A stretch of 64,000 nt of DNA from a bacterium (GCA_030431455.1 JAUIJE010000005.1:387460-451459); one strand, 5' to 3'. Positions 10,007 through 19,784 are shown, counted from the first letter of the stretch. Notes: generated by a model from the letters alone, not told the origin. Translations and numbers: made by a program.

Positions 10007-11326
10007 ATGCAGGCCATGTCCAGCGCCGAGTTGATGACGTTGGTGCGCGAACTCAAAGCGCTCAACGCCAAGAAGAAATCCGGCCAGCCGCTGAGCGAAC
10101 ACGAGGCCAAGCGGCGCAAGCAGCTCAAGGCCTACCTGCGCACCAAGCTCGACTCCGGCCAATCCGGCGAAGGCACCGCGGTGACCTCGTCGCCGGTGAG
10201 CATGAGCATGAGTGCGAGCGGCACCGGCCCCGCCGCCCCCGCGCCGCGCCCGGCCGCCCCCGCGCCGGTGGTCACGCCCGCCCCGCTGCAAGCCGCTCCC
10301 GCGCCGGCCCCGGCCCCCGCCCCCGCGCCCGCTGCGGCCCCGGCCCCCAAGAAATACGACCCGCGCAACGCGTTCAAGATCGACGCCGGGGGCCTGCTCG
10401 ACGAAGCCGCGAGCAGCAACGCGGTGGACAAGACCTTCCAGACCACCGCCGGCCCCGGCGGTGCGGGCGCCCCCGCCCGGGCCCCGACCATGAAGGCGGC
10501 GGCCCCGGGCACCGGGCCTTTGGCCAGCGTCGACGTCGAGCCCAAGCACGCCTCGCAGAACCAAATCCAAGAGATGTTCAAGCGGGCCGACGACGCCCTC
10601 GCGGCCCAGGTCACGCGCAAGCGGGTCACGACCCCCGAGGAGGTCGCGGCCCAACTCGCGGAGATCAACTCCCAGTACACCAATGCAGAAACACTGGGCG
10701 ACTTCGAATACTACGGCGAGTACGTCGAGGAAGGCTACGACTTCACCGAGGCCGCGCCCGAAGACCTCAATGTCATTGACCCGCGCGAGATCGAGCTGCA
10801 CAAGGCCGGCCTCGCGGTCGCCGGCCCCCCCAGCGAAGGGGACGTCAACGTGGCCGTACCGGGCGGGCTCGCGTTCCTGGACGACTTTATCGGGCTGTAC
10901 GAGCGCCGCATCCTCCCGCCCCCCAGCGAGGAGTTCGAGCCCGACGAGGAAGACCCCAACCTCCTGGTGCCCGGCCGGCGCAAGGTCACCGTGCATCTGC
11001 TCGACGGCCGCAGCCTGCGCGGGGCGATCAAGAAGCTGGAGCGCGGCGCGCTCGGCTTTACCCTATTGCCCACCGGGCCGGGCCAGAGCCAGGACCTGTC
11101 CATGGCCCAAATCAAGGCGCTGTTTGTGCATCGCCCGCCGCGGGCCGAGCCGAGCCCGGTGCAAGGCCGCTCGATCACCGTGACCTTCCGGGACCGGCGG
11201 CGCATCCAGGGCGCCACCGACGATTACCAGCCGGGGCAGCAGGTGTTCAGCATTGTGCCGTCGGGAAAGATGGCGCAGTTCGAGCGGATTGTGATCAACG
11301 CCCAAGCCGTCACCAACGTGGCCTGA
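10007..11326 (+). CDS. hypothetical protein with a Pro/Ala-rich linker and two PilZ-like beta-barrel repeats at the C-terminus
   Basis: 439 aa. (PA)n tract at aa ~85-115. C-terminal repeats KVTVHLLDGRSLRGAI... and SITVTFRDRRRIQGAT... resemble PilZ halves. Weak call. Confidence 0.4.
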   Translation: MQAMSSAELMTLVRELKALNAKKKSGQPLSEHEAKRRKQLKAYLRTKLDSGQSGEGTAVTSSPVSMSMSASGTGPAAPAPRPAAPAPVVTPAPLQAAPAPAPAPAPAPAAAPAPKKYDPRNAFKIDAGGLLDEAASSNAVDKTFQTTAGPGGAGAPARAPTMKAAAPGTGPLASVDVEPKHASQNQIQEMFKRADDALAAQVTRKRVTTPEEVAAQLAEINSQYTNAETLGDFEYYGEYVEEGYDFTEAAPEDLNVIDPREIELHKAGLAVAGPPSEGDVNVAVPGGLAFLDDFIGLYERRILPPPSEEFEPDEEDPNLLVPGRRKVTVHLLDGRSLRGAIKKLERGALGFTLLPTGPGQSQDLSMAQIKALFVHRPPRAEPSPVQGRSITVTFRDRRRIQGATDDYQPGQQVFSIVPSGKMAQFERIVINAQAVTNVA

Positions 11327-11358
11327 CCGCGCCGCGGCGCTTCATCGAACAAAACGCG

Positions 11359-12612
11359 TCAGGCCCCGGGACGGTCGTTGTCCTCGTCGTCGGTGTCGAC
11401 GTCCACCACCGGGCCGTTCCCGTCGGGGTTCTGGTCGTCCATCGTGAAGTTGCGGCGATACCACTTGCCCACGTCTTTCCAGGCCTTCTGGATGGGGTCG
11501 ACCACCGCGCTCTTGACGTCGGTGCCGCCGGCGTCCTCGTCCTCGGCCTCGTCGCCGAGGGACGCGCCGCACTTGTGGCACACCAAGGCGTCGACCTTGT
11601 TGTCCGCCGAGCACGACGGACAGGGCTTGGTCGCGATGAGCGACCGGGTCTGGTAGTCGCCGTCGAGAATCTCCATGAAGTTGCCGTTGAACACCCAGTC
11701 CAGGACCTCTTTGGTCCGCCAAATGGGGAACGGGTGCGAGCGGAACAGGGTCTGGAAGATCGCGATGTAGCGGCCGAGGGGGCCTTCGTCCTGGAGCCGG
11801 CCGAAGTCGTCGGCTTGCTTGATGAACGCGTCGAGGGACAGCTCGTCGGACAGACGCCGGGTGCCCCCCGCGACCTTCATCAGGGTGCGCATCACCACGT
11901 ACGGATTTTTCATCACCAACAGGGCCGCGCGGTCTGACGACAGCTCGCTGGCCCGGTCCCAGCGCAAGAGCGCGAGCTGGATGGGGTAGACCACGATGGA
12001 GCCGACCCCGAAGGTGGCTTGCACAATGGTACTGGCGACGGTGCCGAACACCCGGGCCGCGGACTTGTACAACACGTGATCCGCGTGCACATGGCCGAGC
12101 TCATGGGCGAGCACGCAGGTGATTTCTTCGTCGTCGAGGAGGTCCAGGCACCCGGTAGAGATGGCCACAAAATAGCGGTCCACGCCGAATGTATACGCAT
12201 TGGGGATGGGGTCTTGGTAGACGTAGAGCTGGGGCAGCTCTTTGATGCCCAGGGTCTCGGCCGCGAACTTGAACTTCTCGTACAGGCTCGGCAGCTGCTC
12301 GTCGGTGACCTCCACAAAGTTGGCGTGGTGGTGGATCCGGGTGGCGAGCTCAAAGCTGTGGCGGATCAAGCTGCGCAACAAGGTGGACACGCCGGGGATG
12401 CGCTTGAGCGCCTCCAGGGTCTCCTTGTCGAGGGGGTGGATGTACGAGCTGGGGTCGAGGTCGTCGAAGTACTTGTCGAACGCCCGGAACAGCGGGGTCT
12501 CGCAACGCCCGCACAGGGGTGAGCTTTTCAGGTGGAGCACCCGCTCCCGGGGGAGCCGATTCTGCGCCCCGCATTCGCCGCAGGTAAAGTCCACCGCCTT
12601 CTCACCGCCCAT
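11359..12612 (-). CDS. M48-family zinc metalloprotease (HtpX-like) with an N-terminal zinc-ribbon and a second C-terminal C4 ribbon
   Basis: 417 aa. HELGH motif. CGECG...CGRC at the N-terminus. CPSC...CHKCG near the C-terminus. Confidence 0.75.
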   Translation of the reverse strand: MGGEKAVDFTCGECGAQNRLPRERVLHLKSSPLCGRCETPLFRAFDKYFDDLDPSSYIHPLDKETLEALKRIPGVSTLLRSLIRHSFELATRIHHHANFVEVTDEQLPSLYEKFKFAAETLGIKELPQLYVYQDPIPNAYTFGVDRYFVAISTGCLDLLDDEEITCVLAHELGHVHADHVLYKSAARVFGTVASTIVQATFGVGSIVVYPIQLALLRWDRASELSSDRAALLVMKNPYVVMRTLMKVAGGTRRLSDELSLDAFIKQADDFGRLQDEGPLGRYIAIFQTLFRSHPFPIWRTKEVLDWVFNGNFMEILDGDYQTRSLIATKPCPSCSADNKVDALVCHKCGASLGDEAEDEDAGGTDVKSAVVDPIQKAWKDVGKWYRRNFTMDDQNPDGNGPVVDVDTDDEDNDRPGA

Positions 12613-12780
12613 ACAACCTCCGCGTCCCTCGTGGGTTTGGCTTGGAATTCAACACCATCCGCACCGGGCTTGTTCCGTCAAGGTACGGGCAACCCCGGGT
12701 GCAGAAAAGGCCTTTTCCCCCGCTTGACGAGGGGCGAGCGGCAGGGATAGTTCTGGGCGGTCGTCGCGGTGCCAAAGTCT

Positions 12781-12867
12781 GCCGGAGTGGTGGAATTGGT
12801 AGACACGACGGATTCAAAATCCGTTGGGGGCGACCCCGTGTCGGTTCGAGTCCGACCTTCGGTACCA
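12781..12867 (+). tRNA. tRNA-Leu (anticodon CAA)
   Basis: 87 nt. Acceptor stem GCCGGAG/CTTCGGT (with G.U pairs). Anticodon stem ACGGA/TCCGT with loop TTCAAAA gives CAA. Long variable arm with a GGGG/CCCC stem. T-loop GGTTCGAGTCC. Discriminator A and encoded CCA. Confidence 0.85.
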
Positions 12868-12876
12868 GACGACAAA

Positions 12877-12904
12877 GAGGAGGCTTCGGCTTCCTCTTTT
12901 TTTT
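12877..12904 (+). terminator. rho-independent terminator after tRNA-Leu
   Basis: GAGGAGGC-TTCG-GCTTCCTC hairpin (8 bp, UUCG tetraloop) followed by TTTTTTTT. Confidence 0.75.
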
Positions 12905-12978
12905 GCGCGCTCGAAGGTTGTGGGACGCGGCACGCCGTCGAGGTGGCCGGGCACGCTACAACGCGGTGGGAGGTGTGT

Positions 12979-14181
12979 ATGTCGCGGCTCGTGTTGGTGG
13001 TGGTGGTGGTGTGTTCGACGTTGGTGTGGGGCACGGGGTGTCCCCCCGCGGAGGGCTGTCTGGAAGATGAGTCGCGCGCCTGCACCTGCACCGACGGCAA
13101 CACCGGGGCCCAGGTGTGCCAGGCCGATGGCACCCTCGGCGAATGTATCTGCACAGGAGACGGGGATGGCGACGGGGATGGAGATGGAGATGGAGACGGT
13201 GACGGGGACGGAGATGGCGACGGAGATGGCGACGGGGATGGCGACGGGGATGGCGACGGGGATGGCCACGGGGATGGCGACGGGGATGGCGACGGGGATG
13301 GCGACGGGGATGGCGACGGGGATGGAGACCTGTGCGGCAACGGGGTGATCGACCCCGGCGAAGACTGCGACGGCGAGGCCCTGGGGGGCGCGGATTGCGG
13401 CAGCCAGGGCTACGACTTCGGGCTGCTCGGCTGCACCGACTGCGCGTTCGACGCGTCCGCGTGTGGGGACGGGTGTGGGCCCTACCCCGCCGCGCTCGAC
13501 GTCAGCGACGTGTGCCGGCAATGCGCCGACGCGCGGTGCTGTGACGAGCTGAGCGCTTGTGTCCCCGGGTCGGCGTGCGATGACTACAACGGCTGCGTCA
13601 CCGCCTGCGCGGACAACCCCGGCTGCGTGCTGCAGTGCGAGAGCGACTTCGCCGCGGGCAAGTTCGACGCGGACGCGCTCGCCGCCTGCGCCCCCTCCTG
13701 CGCGGGCCTGTGCAGTAACAATGGGGTGTGCGCGTCCTCGCTCACCACCACCTTCGACACCGTGGACACGTGCGTCGACGCCAACTGCTGCACGCCGTTT
13801 GACGCCTGCCTCGGCGACGACGCGTGCACCGCCTGCCTCACCGGCGGCACCCTGGCCCCCGGCTGCGACACCAACCCGCTGCTCAGCGACATGACCACCT
13901 GCCAGGAGACCTCGTGTCCCTCCTCGCTGTGCGGCTCACCGCTGAGCGTGAACACCATCGAGGGCGCGCCCCTCGTCGACTGCCACCTGTGCGTCGAGAA
14001 CGCGGGCTGTTGCGCCGACCTCGCGGACTGTTTGGGAGGGGGCACCGAGGACGAAGTCGCGGACTGCATCGCCTGCCTCAACGACGACCCGATCGAGTGT
14101 CCGGTGGGCCCGGTGCAAGACGCGGCCAACGCGTTCCTGGCCTGTCAGATGACCCCGTGCCAAGCCGCGTGCAGCCTTTGA
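12979..14181 (+). CDS. secreted Cys-rich lipoprotein with an (Asp-Gly)29 tract and a Myxococcus cysteine-rich repeat module
   Basis: ATG at 12979 preceded by GGGAGG. Signal [21 protein letters not shown]. Then GDGDGD... followed by [23 protein letters not shown] (TIGR02232-like). About 60 Cys in total. The track ORF 12769..14181 includes the tRNA and is over-extended. Confidence 0.7.
   Translation: MSRLVLVVVVVCSTLVWGTGCPPAEGCLEDESRACTCTDGNTGAQVCQADGTLGECICTGDGDGDGDGDGDGDGDGDGDGDGDGDGDGDGDGDGDGHGDGDGDGDGDGDGDGDGDGDLCGNGVIDPGEDCDGEALGGADCGSQGYDFGLLGCTDCAFDASACGDGCGPYPAALDVSDVCRQCADARCCDELSACVPGSACDDYNGCVTACADNPGCVLQCESDFAAGKFDADALAACAPSCAGLCSNNGVCASSLTTTFDTVDTCVDANCCTPFDACLGDDACTACLTGGTLAPGCDTNPLLSDMTTCQETSCPSSLCGSPLSVNTIEGAPLVDCHLCVENAGCCADLADCLGGGTEDEVADCIACLNDDPIECPVGPVQDAANAFLACQMTPCQAACSL
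13156..13329 (+). repeat. tandem hexanucleotide repeat (GAYGGN)29 encoding (Gly-Asp)n, in frame inside the CDS
   Basis: Direct reading: gga gac ggg gat ggc gac ggg gat ... with one GHG interruption. Confidence 0.9.
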
Positions 14182-14238
14182 TGCCGCGGGCGGCCAGATC
14201 TGTCCCCCCGCGGACGTCTGCTTGATGCCGTCGCCGTT

Positions 14239-15189
14239 TTGGGCGAGCCTCGGCCCGGAGGGTCCGTGACGCCTGAGAAGTTCGGTGATTTCGAGCTTTT
14301 ATCGCTCCTTGCACAGGGGGGCATGGCCGAGTTGTTCCTCGCCCGGCACCGCCCCACCGAGCAGCTCGTCGTGGTCAAGCGCCTGCTCCCCGAGCTCGAA
14401 GAGCGACCGGACATCATCGACCTGTTCTTGACCGAAGCCGACATCGGCCGCCTCCTCCGCCACGAGAACGTCGTCCAGGTGCTCGACGGGGGCGAGGTCT
14501 CCGGCCGCTACTACCTGGTCATGGAGTACGTCGACGGCGTAGACGCCGAAATCCTGCTCAGCGATGCCACCCGCCGCGGCGATCCCATCGCCCCCCGCAT
14601 CATTGTGCGCCTCGCGGTCGACGCCCTGCGCGGCCTCCACGCCGCGCACATGCTGACCTCCCCGCAAGGGACGAGCTTTGGCCTCGTGCACCGGGATGTC
14701 AGCCCCGACAACATCTTCATCACCCGGGCGGGCGTGCCCAAGGTCGCCGACTTCGGCATCGCCAAGCTCGCGTCCCTCGAGGGGGTCACGTCGACGGGGC
14801 TGCTCAAGGGCAAGCTCACCTATATGTCCCCCGAGCAGGTGCAACAAAAGCCGCTCGATGGCCGCGCCGACGAGTTCGCGGTGGGGCTCATCGTGTACGA
14901 GATGCTCAGCGGCCAGCGCCCGTTTTCGCAAGCCGACGGCGAGACCGAGATCGACGCGCTGCTGCGGGTGCGCAAGGGCAAAGTCCCGCCGTTGCGCAAG
15001 CTCGAACCGGGCCTGCCCCGGGCCCTGTGCAAGGTCGTCGACAAAGCCCTGCGGCCGGGACGGTGGCGCCGGTACAAATCCTGCGGCGCCTTCGCCGACG
15101 CTCTCGAGGAAGTGGGCCAAGCCCACGACTTGCTCGGGTCCCACCAAGAGCTCGCCGCCCTCGTCGAGCGCGTGCAGGTGGGGGAATAA
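14239..15189 (+). CDS. Hanks-type serine/threonine protein kinase
   Basis: Gly-loop LAQGGMAELFLA. VVVKRL Lys. HRDVSPDNIF catalytic loop. DFG as KVADFGIAK. APE as TYMSPE. Alternative start GTG 14266 with GGAGGG SD. Confidence 0.85.
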   Translation: MGEPRPGGSVTPEKFGDFELLSLLAQGGMAELFLARHRPTEQLVVVKRLLPELEERPDIIDLFLTEADIGRLLRHENVVQVLDGGEVSGRYYLVMEYVDGVDAEILLSDATRRGDPIAPRIIVRLAVDALRGLHAAHMLTSPQGTSFGLVHRDVSPDNIFITRAGVPKVADFGIAKLASLEGVTSTGLLKGKLTYMSPEQVQQKPLDGRADEFAVGLIVYEMLSGQRPFSQADGETEIDALLRVRKGKVPPLRKLEPGLPRALCKVVDKALRPGRWRRYKSCGAFADALEEVGQAHDLLGSHQELAALVERVQVGE

Positions 15190-15214
15190 TGCCAATGCAT
15201 GGACGGGGCACGGC

Positions 15215-16795
15215 ATGACCGACGGACAGCTCGGCGGCAGCCTCGAGGACCTCGAGCTCGACGAGGTCGTTCGCGTCATCGGCCTCTCGCGCCGGTCTGG
15301 CATCCTCCTGGTCGAGGGTCCCTGGGGCCGGGCCGAGATGGTGTTCGTGGTGGGCCACATCCGGTCCGTGCGCCACTCCGCGTCGACGGAGACGGTGGCC
15401 GACGTGTTGCTGCGCGCGGGGGTGTTTCATCCCCATGACCTGGTGAGCGACCCCGGCCGCACCGTCGACGACATCCTCCGGGACAAGAGCCGCACCGCGG
15501 TGGACGCGGCCACCCGCGCCGACGATGCGCTCCTCGAGCACATGGAAAAGACCGTGCTCGACGTGTTCGCTTACCGGCAGGGCACGTTCCGCTTTTCCCT
15601 CACCGAGCCGGGCCCCTGCCCCGACCGGTACCCGCGCGACACCACGTACATCGTGGCCGAAGGCCTCGACGCCGAACAGACCTGTGAGCGGGCCAAAAAG
15701 CGCCGCGGCCGCGGCCGCCATTCGCTGACCAAGACCCCGGGGCGCGAGGCCGACCAAGCCCCGGAGATCCTGGTCGTCGACGACGACCCCCGCTTCCTCG
15801 ACCGGTGCGCCCGGGCCCTGGAGGGGGCCGGGGTCCCGTTCCAGACCCTCGACGACGCGCGCCAAGGGTTGGACGCCCTCGACGCCCTCGCCGACAACCC
15901 CCGCGCGGTGTTGATCCTCGACCTGGTCATGCCCCGCCCCAACGGACGGGGCCTGCTCGGGGGCTTGCATCTGTTGCGTTTGGCCAGCCAACAGGGGGTC
16001 GCGGACCGCGTGTACATGGCGTTCGATCGCGCCCACGACGACGCCCATTCGATCTGCCTCGAGCTCGGCGCGGCCCAGGTGCTGAAAAAGCCGTCCGGGG
16101 TGCAACCCATCGGCCTGATGTTCAACCCCGTGCTCGAGCACCTCGGCCGCCCCCCCCTCCTGGCCGAACCCATCGATCTGGTGGGCGAGCTGCGCCAAGA
16201 GCTGGGCGAATCCGCCACCGAGTGGTCGGCCGATCCCGACCTCGACCTCGACGACGCCGCCCGCGGCCTGGAGATCCTGAAGTCGCTCCTCGCCCAGGTC
16301 AACAACCCCACCTACGAAGAAGAGATTCCGCTGTTGCTGTTGCGGTTCTCGTCGGCGTTCTTCTCGCGGGGGGCCCTGTTTGTGCCCCACGAACCCGACA
16401 ACAAACTCATCGGGCTCGGCGGCTACGGCGTCGGGCAGGCCGACCCGGGGCGCACCATTCACGCGCTGCACATCCCCCTCGCCGCCGACACCGTGTTCTC
16501 GCGCGCGATGCGCGAAAACACCGGGGTGCGCCAACCCTTTTTCGAGAGCGAATGGAACCTCCGCCTCACCGAGGCCCTCGGCGGCCCCCGCCCCCGCGAG
16601 GTGTACACCGCGCCGTTGCTCAGCCCGCGCGGGGTCGAAGCCGTGCTCTACGCCGACAACGCCCTCGACGACCACCCGTTCCCCGACATCACCCTGCTGG
16701 AGATTTTTCTCCAGCAGGCCGGGGCCGCGCTGGAGCGTTCGGACCTGGTGCGTGAGGTGCGCAACCTCAGCCAGCCGCCGATGGACGCACGCTGA
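15215..16795 (+). CDS. PATAN (DUF4388) - receiver (REC) - GAF domain regulator
   Basis: N-terminus DLELDEVVRVIGLSRRSGILLVE is PATAN-like. ILVVDDDPRF...VLILDLVMP...KKP is CheY-like REC. A C-terminal GAF-like region follows. Its stop overlaps the next start (TGATG). Confidence 0.7.
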   Translation: MTDGQLGGSLEDLELDEVVRVIGLSRRSGILLVEGPWGRAEMVFVVGHIRSVRHSASTETVADVLLRAGVFHPHDLVSDPGRTVDDILRDKSRTAVDAATRADDALLEHMEKTVLDVFAYRQGTFRFSLTEPGPCPDRYPRDTTYIVAEGLDAEQTCERAKKRRGRGRHSLTKTPGREADQAPEILVVDDDPRFLDRCARALEGAGVPFQTLDDARQGLDALDALADNPRAVLILDLVMPRPNGRGLLGGLHLLRLASQQGVADRVYMAFDRAHDDAHSICLELGAAQVLKKPSGVQPIGLMFNPVLEHLGRPPLLAEPIDLVGELRQELGESATEWSADPDLDLDDAARGLEILKSLLAQVNNPTYEEEIPLLLLRFSSAFFSRGALFVPHEPDNKLIGLGGYGVGQADPGRTIHALHIPLAADTVFSRAMRENTGVRQPFFESEWNLRLTEALGGPRPREVYTAPLLSPRGVEAVLYADNALDDHPFPDITLLEIFLQQAGAALERSDLVREVRNLSQPPMDAR

Positions 16796-17754
16796 TGCGC
16801 GGGGGCCGCCCCGCCGTCACAGTGGCATTGGTCGCGGTCGCCGCCGCCTGCCCCGCCCCCTACCCCGACGTGGACGCCTGGACCGAGCTCGCCCCCCTCG
16901 GCGGCGGGCCTCGCCAGGAGAGCGCGGTGGTCAACCTGCGCGACGAGGTCGTGGTCGTGGGCGGGGTGGACGCGGCCTCCAACACCCTCGCCACCGTCGA
17001 GGCCTACGACGTGGCCGGCGACGCCTGGCGCCGCCTCGCGGACCTGCCGGTGACCGCCCATCACGCGCACGTCGCCAGCTGCGGCGACCGCTTGTTTGTG
17101 CTCGGGTTTCTGCAAGGGCTCTCGTTCACCCCTGACCCCCGCGGCTTCGTGTACGACCCCGACGACGACGCGTGGTCGCCGGTGGCGGCCTTGCCCGCGC
17201 CCCACGACCGCGGCGGCGGCATCGCGTTGTGCGCATCCGACGGCGTGTACGTCATCGGTGGCCTCGCCGGCAACCCCGTGGCCACCGTGCACCGCTACGA
17301 CCCCGACGCGGACAGCTATGCTCAATTGGCCGACCTCCCCGCGGTGACCGACCACCTCGTGGGCGGGGTGATCGACGACGAAATCTTCGTGGCCGGGGGG
17401 CGCAACCGGTCCATCCGCGCCCACCGGGCGGATGTGTGGCGCTACGACCGCGCCGGTGACGCCTGGGTCGCGGGGGCGGACATGCCCACCTCCCGGGCCG
17501 GGGCCGCGGCCGCGGTGTCGGGCGGCGAGCTGTTCGTGTTCGGCGGCGAGGGGGACGCAAACGCCTCGAGCGGGGTGTTCGCCGAGGTCGAGGCCTACGA
17601 CCCGGTCTCCGATACCTGGCGCGAGCTCGATGACATGCCCCGGCCGCGCCACGGCATGGGGGCCGCGGCCGTGGGCAATGCCATTTACATCCCCGGCGGG
17701 GCCGACGTGCAGGGCTTTGCCGCGATCTCGCTACACGACAAATTCACGCCCTAG
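16795..17754 (+). CDS. Kelch-repeat beta-propeller lipoprotein
   Basis: 319 aa. Signal ending AAAC. Six repeats with GG-x-YD/WxxxxxMP motifs. Confidence 0.75.
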   Translation: MRGGRPAVTVALVAVAAACPAPYPDVDAWTELAPLGGGPRQESAVVNLRDEVVVVGGVDAASNTLATVEAYDVAGDAWRRLADLPVTAHHAHVASCGDRLFVLGFLQGLSFTPDPRGFVYDPDDDAWSPVAALPAPHDRGGGIALCASDGVYVIGGLAGNPVATVHRYDPDADSYAQLADLPAVTDHLVGGVIDDEIFVAGGRNRSIRAHRADVWRYDRAGDAWVAGADMPTSRAGAAAAVSGGELFVFGGEGDANASSGVFAEVEAYDPVSDTWRELDDMPRPRHGMGAAAVGNAIYIPGGADVQGFAAISLHDKFTP

Positions 17755-17766
17755 CCCGCGGCGGGC

Positions 17767-19776
17767 TCAGCCGCGCCGGCGCGACCGACCGCGCCCGCCG
17801 CCACCGCCCCCCGAGCGGCCCCCGGAGCGCCCTCCCGAGCGACCACCCGACCGCGACCGCCGCGAACGACGGGGCCGGCTCGCGCGCTGGCCCTTCTTGG
17901 GTTGTTTGTACTTTTTGTTGTGGGCCTCGGCGACGACCTTCCACTTCTGGACCTCGGCGAAGTCGCCGCCCTCGGCCTGGGTCCGGATGATCAGCAGCAG
18001 CAAGGCATCGCGGAACCAGGGCCGGGACACCAACGACTTCGCCGGCGCGCCGTAACGCCAGCCGGGCAACAAGGACTCTTGGGCCCCGAGCAGCAGCCGC
18101 GCCGACTCCCGATCGCGCCGGGTCATGCGGATGCGCTCGGCCCACTTGTCCCCGATGTCGTCGACGAACTGGGCGCCATCGAGCCCGCCGGCCACCGCCG
18201 CGTCGTACGCGGGGGTGAGCAACACCGAGAGCGCGACCGCGCTGTTCACGTCCGCTTCGCGGGCCGCGACCTCGTCGAGGGCGCCGAGCAACTTGTCGAG
18301 CAGCTCCCAGCGGGCCGCGGGCTCGAGCGGCGCCGCGGGCACGGGGAGGCGACCGGGGTCGAGGTCGTCGTCCTGGTCGTCGCGTCGCTTGCCCCCTTTG
18401 TCCCCTTCGCTCCCCTCGGCGTCGCCGGACAGCTGGGCCGCGATCCCGACCACGTCGTCGTCGTCATCGTCGTCGTCCCCGTCATCGAAGCTGTCGATGT
18501 CCACCGTCTTGGGCCGCTCGCCCTCGGCCTGGGCCTCGGCCGCGTCCTCGGCTTTGGTCTCATCGTCGGCGGGGGCCGTGTCTTTCGAACCCGCGTCAGA
18601 CGCCGCCGCCTCCACCACCGGCGCCTGCCGGGCCGCGTCCATCGCCTCCACCAACTCGGGCAGCAACGTCTGGGTCACCCCGAAATCCGCGCACATCGCC
18701 ATCGCCTCGCGGGCGTGGCCCGAGGTCAAAAGCCGGTTGAGCTCTTCGAGCAGGCGGGCCGGCGCGCACCGCAGCAGCTCTTTGGCGTGCTCGCGCATCG
18801 CGCTTTTGACATCCTCGTCGAGGGTGAACCCCATGCGGGTGGCGAACTTGATCGCGCGCAGGATGCGCACCGGATCTTCTTGGAACCGGATGTGGGGGTC
18901 GCCGATGCTGCGCAACAGCCGCTTTTCGAGGTCCTCGCGGCCGTTGACGTAGTCGATGACCTTGCCCGCGATGGGGTCGTAGAACAGCCCGTTGATGGTG
19001 AAGTCGCGGCGCACCGCGTCCTCCTCGACGTTGCCGAACTCGTTGTCCCGCTCGACGAGCAGGTCCTGGTCCCCGGTGTCCTCGGTGGTCTCCTCGTCCC
19101 CGTCGCTGTCCCCGTCGCCGTCGTTGTCGTCCGGGGTCGGATTCTTCCGGAAGGTGGCGGTCTCGATCACCTTGCCCCCCGCGAACAACACGTGGGCCAG
19201 GCGGAAGCGGCGGCCCACCAGCCGGCAGTTGCGGAACACCGACTTGACCTCGTCGGGGTGGGCGGCGGTGGCCACGTCAAAATCCTTCGGTTCGCGCCCG
19301 AGCAACAAGTCGCGCACGCACCCCCCGGTGAGATACGCCTCGTGCCCCTTGGCCCGAAGACGGCGCACCACCCACAGCGCGTCGTTGTCGATCTTCTTGA
19401 GCGGAATCTCGGGGGGGTCGCCGCTCTCCTCGGCGCCTTGTTCGTCGTCGTCGTCGCGGTCGTCGTCCGCGTCGTCCCCTTCGCCGCCCCCTCGACGTCC
19501 CCGGGCCGCGGGGCGGGCGAGGCGCTCGGTGCGTTCGTCGTCGTCCGCATCATCGTCGCCCCCGTCGTCATCGTCGGCGTCATCCTCGTCGTCCGCGCCG
19601 TCGTCATCGTCGGCGGCCGAGGCCTGGGGTTCTTCTTCTTCCTCTTCCTCGTCGCTGTCGTCGCCGGAGGCCGCGGTCACGGGGCCGGACTCGGTGGAGA
19701 CCTCTTCGATCTCCATGGTCTCGGTGTCGTCGTGCTCAGCGTTGGTGTCTTTGTCATCTTGCATGGTCATGGCCAT
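17767..19776 (-). CDS. pcnB: poly(A) polymerase I with a ~250 aa acidic (D/E-rich) N-terminal extension and an Arg/Gly/Ser-rich C-terminal tail
   Basis: Head domain LTGGCVRDLLLGREPKDFDVAT. RRDFTINGLFYD. PcnB-type probe-binding region. Start MAMTMQDD chosen (cat 19774-19776). The track ORF extends to 20601 in frame but overlaps coaX. Tail (SGGR)n. Confidence 0.8.
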   Translation of the reverse strand: MAMTMQDDKDTNAEHDDTETMEIEEVSTESGPVTAASGDDSDEEEEEEEPQASAADDDDGADDEDDADDDDGGDDDADDDERTERLARPAARGRRGGGEGDDADDDRDDDDEQGAEESGDPPEIPLKKIDNDALWVVRRLRAKGHEAYLTGGCVRDLLLGREPKDFDVATAAHPDEVKSVFRNCRLVGRRFRLAHVLFAGGKVIETATFRKNPTPDDNDGDGDSDGDEETTEDTGDQDLLVERDNEFGNVEEDAVRRDFTINGLFYDPIAGKVIDYVNGREDLEKRLLRSIGDPHIRFQEDPVRILRAIKFATRMGFTLDEDVKSAMREHAKELLRCAPARLLEELNRLLTSGHAREAMAMCADFGVTQTLLPELVEAMDAARQAPVVEAAASDAGSKDTAPADDETKAEDAAEAQAEGERPKTVDIDSFDDGDDDDDDDDVVGIAAQLSGDAEGSEGDKGGKRRDDQDDDLDPGRLPVPAAPLEPAARWELLDKLLGALDEVAAREADVNSAVALSVLLTPAYDAAVAGGLDGAQFVDDIGDKWAERIRMTRRDRESARLLLGAQESLLPGWRYGAPAKSLVSRPWFRDALLLLIIRTQAEGGDFAEVQKWKVVAEAHNKKYKQPKKGQRASRPRRSRRSRSGGRSGGRSGGRSGGGGGGRGRSRRRG

Positions 19777-19784
19777 TGGTCCTG

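Noticed and set aside
12678-13340. 220 aa minus-strand ORF encoding (SP)n/(PS)n repeats
   Set aside because: It is the reverse-complement reading of the (GD)n hexanucleotide repeat and overlaps the tRNA-Leu and its terminator. It has no start context, so it is a mirror artefact.
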